Origin: an uncultured Chloroflexia bacterium
GTDB lineage: Bacteria; Chloroflexota; Limnocylindria; Limnocylindrales; CSP1-4
DNA length: 64,000 nt
Assembly: GCA_963768655.1 (NCBI GenBank)
Contig: CAVYIM010000003.1
Location: forward strand, 480,001 to 544,000
Reading direction: 5' to 3'
Part shown: positions 56,841 through 64,000 of the stretch, piece after piece
How positions within the stretch are numbered: position 1 is the stretch's first letter
Layout: every line of letters begins with the position of its first letter
Notes under the pieces: generated by a model
What the model was told of the DNA's origin: nothing
Databases searched by the model: none
What the model saw: the letters and a program-made list of their open reading frames with translations, nothing else
Position numbers and translations under genes: made by a program

Positions 56841-58754
56841 CTACTGGCTCAGGTCGGCCACGGCGGCGAGCAGCTGCGCGTCCCCGGAGGACTGGAGACT
56901 CACGGCCGTCATCCCGCCCAGGTTGATCGGGTCGATCGGAGCGGCGCCGCTCGGCAGGGCAACCGTCTGGTCGGGCGTGATGCCCTTGCCGAAGATCAGA
57001 TGGCCATCGGGCGTGAGCCAATCCTCGATGCCGAGCAGGATCACCGACCCGTCGGACAACGTGAATGGCTCGAGAACGGTGCCCGTGCCGACGGTGGTCA
57101 GCCCGACGATGCTGGCGCGGCCGGAGTCCTGCAGCGCTCCGGCGACGATCTCCGCCGCGCTGGCGGTGTCGTGATCGACGAGCACCACCATTGGCCACCC
57201 GTCGGTTTCAGCCTCGGTGCTGGCAAATGAGGTGTCCACAGTGATCGGCGTCTGCTTCCCGGACGCGTCCTGTTCGAGGTAGACATTGCCCTTCGAGAGG
57301 AACTCGCTGGCGACGCTGCGGGCCTGCTCGGCGAGGCCGCCCGGGTCCCCTCGCAGATCGAGCACGATCGCCGTGGCGCCTGCTGCTTTGGCCCCGTCGA
57401 TGGCCTGCTTCACCTGGTCGGACGCGCCGTCGTCGAACTCGTACAGGGCGATGTCGGCGATGTGTGTGCCCGGCACGATGCCCCAGTCGACGATCGGTGC
57501 GGTCACCGTGGCGCGCGTCATCGTGATGTCCACGCTGGTCGTGGCGCCCGGATGAATCACCGAGATCGTCACCTTCGTTCCCGGGTCGCCCCGGATCGCG
57601 GCGGCCAGCTGGTCGAAGGTCATGCCCGAGGTGGACGTGCCGTTCACGGCCGTGATCTGGTCTCCGGCCAGGACGCCGGCTCCCGCTGCCGGCGAGCCCG
57701 CGATCACGCGCTCGACCAGCAGCTCGCCGTTCGACTGCGTGACCAGGACGCCGATCCCGGCAACCGTGCCGCTGAGCTCGCTCATCTCCTGCTTGTACTC
57801 CTCGGGCGTGAGGAACCGGCTGTGGCCGGTGTCGCCCAGGGCGTCGACCATGCCGCTGATGGAGCCGTACAGGAGCTGCTGGTCGGTGATCGAAGAACTG
57901 CCGACGTAGTTCTGGCGGATGTCCTGCACCGCCTGGTCGTAGATGGTGAAGTCCTTGAGTGGCTCGTTCTGCGCCGTCTGTTGCGCGGACACGGTGAGAT
58001 GGTCGACGACCATGCCGCCGGCGAAGGCGATCATGACCGCGGCCACCGCCGAGAGGATCAGCGGCAGACGGCTGGGCCGGCGGTGCGTCTGTGAGTCGGG
58101 GCTCACGAGCCGGCCCGCGCCATCGAAGACCAGGTCCGCCGGAGGGGTTGGCGGCCAGGTGGGCGAGGCCGAAGTCGAACGGGGCGAAGGCGGGGTCTGG
58201 GGCGCGGTCGGCCAGCTTTGCTGGGCGGGCGGCCAGGCCTGCGGGGAAGGCGGCCAGCCTTGCGGGGAAGGCGGCCAGCCTTGCGGGGCTTGCGGTTGCT
58301 GGGCGGGCGGCCAGGCCTGCGGCGAAGGCGGCCAGGCCTGCTGGGCGGGCGGCCAGGCCTGCGGCGAAGGCGGCCAGCCTTGTGGGGCGGGCGGCCAGCC
58401 CTGCGGGGCCTGCGGTTGCTGGGCGGGCGGCAACCCCTGGGCCGCGGGCGGCCAGGCGCCGGGAGCGGGCGGCAAGCCCTGGGCCGCGGGCGGCAAGCCT
58501 TGGGCCGCGGGCGGCAAGCCTTGGGCCGCGGGCGGCCAGCCTTGGGCCGCGGGCGGCCAGCCGGGCTGTGTCGGTGGCCCGCCCGCGGGGGCGGTCGGTC
58601 CGGCGGCCTGCGGCGCCGTCGGTCCCTCGGAAGGTCCCGAAGCCGGCCCCGCGGCCGGTTCGGCGGGGCTCGTGCCCTGCGTCTGGTCAGAGCCAGTTGC
58701 GTCTTCGGGGGGCGTCCCCGACTGCTCCGATTGCCGCTCGTCGTCGATCGTCAT
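56841..58754 (-). CDS. S41-family peptidase with PDZ domain and N-terminal Pro/Gln/Trp repeats
   Basis: GIGV..GSPA (PDZ), LDLRGDPGG, TASAAEI, GITPD. Confidence 0.9.
   Translation of the reverse strand: MTIDDERQSEQSGTPPEDATGSDQTQGTSPAEPAAGPASGPSEGPTAPQAAGPTAPAGGPPTQPGWPPAAQGWPPAAQGLPPAAQGLPPAAQGLPPAPGAWPPAAQGLPPAQQPQAPQGWPPAPQGWPPSPQAWPPAQQAWPPSPQAWPPAQQPQAPQGWPPSPQGWPPSPQAWPPAQQSWPTAPQTPPSPRSTSASPTWPPTPPADLVFDGAGRLVSPDSQTHRRPSRLPLILSAVAAVMIAFAGGMVVDHLTVSAQQTAQNEPLKDFTIYDQAVQDIRQNYVGSSSITDQQLLYGSISGMVDALGDTGHSRFLTPEEYKQEMSELSGTVAGIGVLVTQSNGELLVERVIAGSPAAGAGVLAGDQITAVNGTSTSGMTFDQLAAAIRGDPGTKVTISVIHPGATTSVDITMTRATVTAPIVDWGIVPGTHIADIALYEFDDGASDQVKQAIDGAKAAGATAIVLDLRGDPGGLAEQARSVASEFLSKGNVYLEQDASGKQTPITVDTSFASTEAETDGWPMVVLVDHDTASAAEIVAGALQDSGRASIVGLTTVGTGTVLEPFTLSDGSVILLGIEDWLTPDGHLIFGKGITPDQTVALPSGAAPIDPINLGGMTAVSLQSSGDAQLLAAVADLSQ
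58195..58565 (-). repeat. Coding ~21-bp tandem repeats (WPPAAQG/LPPAAQG/WPPSPQA)
   Basis: Heptapeptide array inside the S41 ORF. Confidence 0.85.
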
Positions 58755-58856
58755 GCCCGCTTCTCCATCGTCGCTGATCGCCACATGATGGCGCACCTTG
58801 CGGATCGAGACCGAGCGTGAGGGCGCCGGACCGCAAGCCGGAGCGCCCGGAGTACG

Positions 58857-59717
58857 ATGCGTGCCGTGGCGAGATTGCGGTTGCCGGGTGCCGAGCCAGT
58901 CGCGAGGGGCTCCACCAGCCCAGGCGGGGGATGGCGCGACCACCCGGATACGGTCGAGCCAACCGTGCTGGTTCTGGGCGGATTCCTCACTGCCCCGCCG
59001 ATGTACCGCCGATTCGTCGAAAGGCTCCGCGCGCGAGGTGCGGCCGGCGTGGTGGTGGCCGGCGTCTGGACGCCCGACTGGCTGATCGCCTCCGCTCGCG
59101 GCCCCGGCGCGATCGCCACCCGCTCCGGGCGGGCGCTGCTCGAGGCGGGCCGTCTGGCGGCCGAGGTCTCAGACGGGGCGCCGGTGCTGGTCGTGGGCCA
59201 CTCGGCGGGGGGTCTGCTCGCGCGGATCCTGACCGCGGCCGAGCCGCTGCCGGGGAAACGATTCGGGGCGGCGTGGCGGATGGCGGCGATCGTCACGCTC
59301 GGCACTCCGCATGTCCCGTCGACGGGGGAGGGGATCGGCGGGCGGTTGAACACCGTCGTTACGGAGGTCGCGGAAGAGGCCGCGCCTGGAGCCTGCCACT
59401 CCCCGGAGATCGGGTACGTGTCGGTGGCCTCGCGGGCGATCCGCAGCGACCCCTCGGGCACGGGCCGTGAGCGAGTCGCGCACCTGCTCTACCGCTCCGT
59501 CATGGGCCGCGCGGCGGTGCCCGGAACCGAAGGCGACGGCCTGGTCCCGGTGGCCTCGGCAATGCTCGAAGGGTCGGCGCAGATCGTCGTGGACGGCGCC
59601 GTCCACGGCCCGAGCGCCGGGGCGCCCTGGTACGGCACGGACGGCCCCATGGAAGTTTGGTGGCCTGCGGCCCTCTCGGCCTGGCACGAAGCCTTGCGGT
59701 ATCGCGCCGCGCACTGA
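58857..59717 (+). CDS. Alpha/beta hydrolase (lipase/esterase-like)
   Basis: VGHSAGG, TLGTPH, GDGLVP, H; start uncertain. Confidence 0.85.
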   Translation: MRAVARLRLPGAEPVARGSTSPGGGWRDHPDTVEPTVLVLGGFLTAPPMYRRFVERLRARGAAGVVVAGVWTPDWLIASARGPGAIATRSGRALLEAGRLAAEVSDGAPVLVVGHSAGGLLARILTAAEPLPGKRFGAAWRMAAIVTLGTPHVPSTGEGIGGRLNTVVTEVAEEAAPGACHSPEIGYVSVASRAIRSDPSGTGRERVAHLLYRSVMGRAAVPGTEGDGLVPVASAMLEGSAQIVVDGAVHGPSAGAPWYGTDGPMEVWWPAALSAWHEALRYRAAH

Positions 59718-59800
59718 TCGCCGATGCCGGCGGCCACGGAGCCGAGAACCTGGCGGCCGGCGGGGCCCGGCGCGGCGAGGCACCAGCCACGGGATTTCGT

Positions 59801-59829
59801 TTGACGCAACCGAGGCCCACCGCTACAGT
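59801..59829 (+). promoter_or_regulatory. Sigma70 promoter of tRNA-fMet
   Basis: TTGACG-N17-TACAGT, 6 nt before the tRNA. Confidence 0.75.
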
Positions 59830-59835
59830 TCCCGG

Positions 59836-59910
59836 CGCGGGGTGGAGCAGCGGCAGCTCGTCGGGCTCATAACCCGAAGGTCGGCGGTTCGAATCCGTCC
59901 CCCGCAACCA
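59836..59910 (+). tRNA. Initiator tRNA-fMet(CAT)
   Basis: Cloverleaf, C1:A72 mismatch, GGG/CCC anticodon stem, CCA end. Confidence 0.95.
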
Positions 59911-59922
59911 AGCTCTGAACGT

Positions 59923-59948
59923 GAAACCCGGTCATCGGACCGGGTTTC
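59923..59948 (+). terminator. tRNA terminator hairpin
   Basis: GAAACCCGGTC-atcg-GACCGGGTTTC. Confidence 0.75.
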
Positions 59949-60090
59949 GTCGTCTCTGGCGAGGGCCCTGACCACATCCAGAGAACATTTCGCATGCCGC
60001 CGGGGCCGCTCCGGGTGGATCAAGGGCCCGATTTGGGCGTTTCTGGTCCTGGCGAGGGTCGCCCGGATCACCAGCGGGCATGGTCAGGGC

Positions 60091-60774
60091 AGTGAACGTT
60101 CCCTGCTGACCAGCAACGACCCCTGCGATGCCCACCAATTGCTGGCTTTGGTAGGACAGGATGGTTGGTAGGCTGCGGCCGAGCGGCTACCCGCGCTATC
60201 GCGGCGTCGTGACGAGCCAAGCCGCGGGTGACTCACCGGCCGTCGCGTAAACCCTCGCTGTCGTTTCTCCGAGGCTTCCGTCGATGAGCGCGAGGGGGTA
60301 TTCCGAAGACACTTGGCAGGCGCTGAAGCGGGCCGTGAGAAGCACCGCCGTGACGGCTTGCAGAAGTGGGCCGCCACTGGGAGGCTGGACGACAACCTTG
60401 CCGTCCTCGCTGGCCTGGGGACGATCGACTCCGAGGCTGCCGCTCAACGACTGATCAAGGCAGCCAGGTCGCCCACCAGCGACGTCCGTGCCGAGGCAGC
60501 TCATGGCCTCGCCCGGCAGAGTTCGCCGACAGCGGCTGCGGCTCTCGCCGAGCTGAAAGTCGATAAGGACTACTTCGTCCGGTACGCCGCATTCTTCGCT
60601 GTCGCCTTGCTTCAACCGCCGGTGGAAGGGGAACCTGCGCAAATGCGTCCGATAAGACTTGCTCACGAGTCGGCGGTCGCGGCTGGGGTGGAGCGAGAGC
60701 GGGCCTGGAAGTGGCGGGGCCGAGTTAGCCAACCTGACCATCACCCTCTCGTGTTTGCCGACGATCTGGCTTGA
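60091..60774 (+). pseudogene. Degraded HEAT-repeat protein
   Basis: SDVRAEAAHGLA and DYFVRYAA repeats; in-frame stops at 60169 and 60229, no convincing start. Confidence 0.5.
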
Positions 60775-60979
60775 CCGACGCCAGATGGCCAAGGCGGTAT
60801 GAGGCATTTGCGGCGTCCGAGGCAGGTCGGCGTCCGATAAGATCAACAGTGGACAAGCCAAGAAAGCACGAGCTCAAGCTATGGGGTCGAATGTTGGGTC
60901 GCCGGTCCCATTGCCCTGTCGTGGTCGTCCGTTAGGTCGGCAACGCAGCTCTTGATCGACGTGCCTAGGAGGGATCGAA

Positions 60980-62014
60980 ATGCTCACTCAGTGCCCGAAG
61001 TGTGGGGCCCCGCGCGTGGGCGACGAGCCGGTCTGCCGGACCTGCGGCTCGGAACTGGGCAATCTTGGTTCTTCCGTGACGGTGGAGGGGGCGGCCGCTC
61101 CCGCACAAGGAGGAGCTCCTGCTGCTCCGGCTCCTGCAACGGCTCCGGCTCCGGCAACAGCTCCAGGTCCTGTTGCGGCCGGACAAGCCTGGACGTGGCC
61201 GGGAGCGCCCCCTGCCATACCTTCTCCCGCCTCCCCATGGCCGACCAACCCGAACCCCATCGCGGACGCGGGTTCTCCCCTAACGGGAATGCCACCGACG
61301 ATGGGCGGCAACCCTCCTGGGTTTCCCCAGACTCCTGGGTTTCCTCCGACTAACTGCTGGCGCTGCCAGGCGCCCTTGTACCCAGGCCAGCCATACTGCG
61401 CCAACTGCGGTTTCGCTTACCGAACTATGGGGATGGCCCCTGCCCGGAAGCGCCGCACGAAACTGGTCGTGATCGGTGCGATTGTCGCGGTCGTACTCGT
61501 TGCTGTGGGTGGATTCGCCGTTCTCAACCAGTCGAGCGGCTGGACCCCTGCCGCCGAGCCGTCGCCCTCGGGCACCTGGTACTCGTTCACGTCCCCCGAC
61601 AACGCCTGGAGCGTCATGTTCCCCAGCTCCGATACGCCTCAGGAAATGTCGCTGTCGATCCCGCTCGGGACGACTCAAGTCCAGATGAATTGCTACATGG
61701 TGAGAAGCGACGGCATTGTCTACGAGGCCGGGGCCGAAGACATTCCGGGCGATCAGTTGAGCACCGATCCGAATACCAACCTTGACTCGTTCGAACAGGG
61801 CATCAAGGTATTCGGGACCGTCACCGACTCCCGCGACCTTACTTTCCAAGGCTTTCAGGCCCGGGAAGTCAGGTTCACATACACGAGCCTGAGCTTCGAG
61901 GGATATATCAGGTTCTGGGTATCGGGCAGCCGAGTGTACGTGATGATGGTCGTGGGCCAGCCAGGCTCCACGATGTACCCCGAACACTTCTTCGACACCT
62001 TCACAGCGAGCTGA
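60980..62014 (+). CDS. Zinc-ribbon membrane protein with extracellular PsbP-like domain
   Basis: CPKCG..CRTCG, CWRC..CANCG, Pro-rich linker, TM, beta-rich C-terminus; GGAGGG RBS. Confidence 0.75.
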   Translation: MLTQCPKCGAPRVGDEPVCRTCGSELGNLGSSVTVEGAAAPAQGGAPAAPAPATAPAPATAPGPVAAGQAWTWPGAPPAIPSPASPWPTNPNPIADAGSPLTGMPPTMGGNPPGFPQTPGFPPTNCWRCQAPLYPGQPYCANCGFAYRTMGMAPARKRRTKLVVIGAIVAVVLVAVGGFAVLNQSSGWTPAAEPSPSGTWYSFTSPDNAWSVMFPSSDTPQEMSLSIPLGTTQVQMNCYMVRSDGIVYEAGAEDIPGDQLSTDPNTNLDSFEQGIKVFGTVTDSRDLTFQGFQAREVRFTYTSLSFEGYIRFWVSGSRVYVMMVVGQPGSTMYPEHFFDTFTAS

Positions 62015-62147
62015 ACAGTCACGAGGAAATCAGTCCCTGGTGCGGTGTTGATCTGGGCGAGGACGCTCCCTGCAAGTCGCAGCTGCGAGCAGACATCAGC
62101 TGCTTGTTACGTGAGCTAACCTTTGGCGCAGAGGAGGGTTCAGCACA

Positions 62148-63248
62148 ATGAAGTACCAGCGTCTCTCGCGCCAAGCCTGGGTCGGGCTCATGGCCGCGCT
62201 GCTGCTGCTTGGGGCATGCTCGCAGTCCGGGTCCGTGGCATCTGCGACCACCACCGCCCCGACCACCGTTTCGGCGACCGCGGCGGCAGCGACTGTCCCG
62301 ACTGCGACCGCGGCTCCGATCGCCACCGCGGCCAAGACCGCCGCCAAGACCGCAGCCGCCCCCACTCCTACCGCACCCCATGTGCCGGCCCCGCCCAGCA
62401 GTGCCACCGCGCAGGACCTCTCCCTGGGCGACATCAGCAAGTGCACCGCCGAGGACGCCCACGCCGATATCTGCATCCTGCTCAAGTGGACCGCGCCGGC
62501 CGGCAACATCAGCGGCTACCGCGTCTACACCGGCCGGGACGGGGGAACAGTGATCGGCCCGCCACCGGCGGGTTTCTACACCTGCCCCCAGGGCAGCCAA
62601 CCGGGCGGCACCGCAGCCACGGTCCCGGCGGGAACGACGAGCTACTATCTGCCCCTCATCGGTGAGTACTCTCCGACCTGCGTGGCCGTGAGCGCGTACA
62701 ACGGCGCGGGCGAGTCAGTGTGGGACGTGGTCCTGGTGGAGAGCACAGGCCAGGGCCCGGTTGGCTCCACCTGGCAGACATACCCAGACCCGCGCCAGTT
62801 CGGGTTCAAGGTGGACTATCCGACCCAGGGCTACCACGAGGTCGACCTGGCCTCGACGACGGCCGGCGGCTACGCCTACACGGAGGACACGTTCTACGTG
62901 CCCGTCGGCTCGGAGACGAACCCGCAGCTGGTGTTGGCCGCCGAGAAGGTCGTGTTCTCAGGAGCCACGCCCCCCAACACGAGCAAGGACCTGATCGCGT
63001 TCTACGAGAAGACGCTCGCCTACTACGCGCCCTACTGCAGCAGCAGCGGCACTCTGTCTGACGTGACCGCCGCCACGCTCGATGGGCACGGTGGCTACTC
63101 GTTCACTTTGACCGAGGGCTCCAGCGTGCAGAAGGGCAAGGTCGCCCTCATCAACGGGCAACTCTACGGGATCCTGGCCGGCGGCCCAGCCGGCAGTGCC
63201 AACTCGAGCGTCATCACCAAGTTCCTGGCGTCCTTCCACCTCGACTGA
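62148..63248 (+). CDS. Lipoprotein with Fn3-like and PsbP-like domains
   Basis: Lipobox LGAC, Ala/Thr linker, LKWTAP..GYRVY...VSAYNGAGES, FKVDYP...KFLASFHL. Confidence 0.75.
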   Translation: MKYQRLSRQAWVGLMAALLLLGACSQSGSVASATTTAPTTVSATAAAATVPTATAAPIATAAKTAAKTAAAPTPTAPHVPAPPSSATAQDLSLGDISKCTAEDAHADICILLKWTAPAGNISGYRVYTGRDGGTVIGPPPAGFYTCPQGSQPGGTAATVPAGTTSYYLPLIGEYSPTCVAVSAYNGAGESVWDVVLVESTGQGPVGSTWQTYPDPRQFGFKVDYPTQGYHEVDLASTTAGGYAYTEDTFYVPVGSETNPQLVLAAEKVVFSGATPPNTSKDLIAFYEKTLAYYAPYCSSSGTLSDVTAATLDGHGGYSFTLTEGSSVQKGKVALINGQLYGILAGGPAGSANSSVITKFLASFHLD

Positions 63249-63668
63249 CGGGCCACGGATCAGCACCCGCGGGCGGTGGGTCCAACCGGGCCGGCCGCGG
63301 CCAATGGCGGCGGGTAGCACCACGCCACGATGACCTGAGTGTCATGGGGTCGCGGGCCTGTTCTCCCGGCAGTGCATCGCGGGGCGATGACCTGGGCCTC
63401 ACTTGTCGCAGCCATTCTCCGAGTTGACTGCCAGGCCGTGCCGGGCGAGACTCAAGGCGCGCCCTTCGCCGCAAGACCCACGTCGTCGGTCACCACCGCT
63501 GAGAAGCCCATGTTTTCGTCGGGGGATCCGAGCCGCTCTGCGGGGCAAGGTACAAACGCTCCACCGTCGTGGGGCGACACATGACCGACTCCTCGCGAGA
63601 ACAACGATGCAGGACCAGTCGGCGCGGCGGATGGTCGACGCGCCGAGCGAAAACAAAGGAGTAACCCA

Positions 63669-64000
63669 ATGCCCCGCGTCGGCGAGCTCGCCCCAGACTT
63701 CAGTCTGCCCGACCAGGATAAGGAACCCGCGACGCTCAGCGACCTGCGTGGACGGCCCGTCATGCTGGTCTTCTTCCCGGCCGCCTTCAGCTCGACCTGC
63801 ACGCGCGAGCTGTGCGAGATCCGCGACGACTTCAGCGCCTACGAACAGCGCGGCGTCACGGTCTTAGGTATCAGTGTCGACTCCACGCACGCGCTGCGGG
63901 CGTGGAGGGAGGCCCAAGGCTACCGTAACCGGTTCCTCTCCGACCGCTGGCCAGTGGGCGCCGTCACCAAGCTCTACGGAGTCTGGAACGAGGATGCCGG
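63669..64000 (+). CDS. Peroxiredoxin (AhpE/BCP-like), runs off the window
   Basis: Hand translation APDFSLPDQ...FFPAAFSSTCTRELC...LGISVDS; AAGGAG RBS. Confidence 0.9.
   Translation, partial: MPRVGELAPDFSLPDQDKEPATLSDLRGRPVMLVFFPAAFSSTCTRELCEIRDDFSAYEQRGVTVLGISVDSTHALRAWREAQGYRNRFLSDRWPVGAVTKLYGVWNEDA

Noticed and set aside
58195-58565. Regular repeats as a possible CRISPR array
   Set aside because: No unique spacers, in-frame coding repeats, and no cas genes in the window.
1-64000. Many long overlapping or antisense ORFs (e.g. 14389-16134, 36523-37734, 39188-40441, 40195-41910)
   Set aside because: Arg/Gly/Pro-rich shadow frames of real genes, expected at high GC; no motifs or RBS.
59836-64000. 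Second integrated element at tRNA-fMet
   Set aside because: The native terminator directly follows the tRNA; no integrase or direct repeat was seen.

Overview
High-GC bacterial chromosomal window. A Chloroflexota host (Limnocylindria-like) is inferred from the protein families and is not proven. The backbone carries a LacI-regulated sugar ABC operon, an ECF sigma/ZAS anti-sigma pair, an orphan DNA methyltransferase, transketolase, aminotransferase, LysR, glutamate dehydrogenase, a mannose-family PTS, Kelch and FHA proteins, an IS630 inserted in a stop codon, an L-rhamnose utilisation cluster, an S41 protease and tRNA-fMet. The main accessory feature is a ~16.3 kb island integrated in tRNA-Lys(TTT), bounded by 46-bp direct repeats at 30216-30261 and 46550-46595, with matching arm-like repeats inside both ends. 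It contains four parts. (i) An actinomycete-ICE-like core (tyrosine integrase, Xis, RepSA, Pra-like protein) with no TraB. (ii) Two tandem pairs of a 5'-truncated metzincin plus an exported, possibly TIMP/NTR-like protein; one HExxHxxGxxH fragment is absent from the ORF track. (iii) A nested module of large serine recombinase, methyltransferase, Cys/His-rich rolling-circle Rep and small Zn fingers, whose recombinase gene contains a tRNA-Pro-like 3' end that is repeated 175 bp away. (iv) A paralogue of the chromosomal ECF/anti-sigma pair and a secreted papain-like peptidase. Three genes are split by single-base indels that may be sequencing errors. No database searches were run, so all family calls come from motif recognition.
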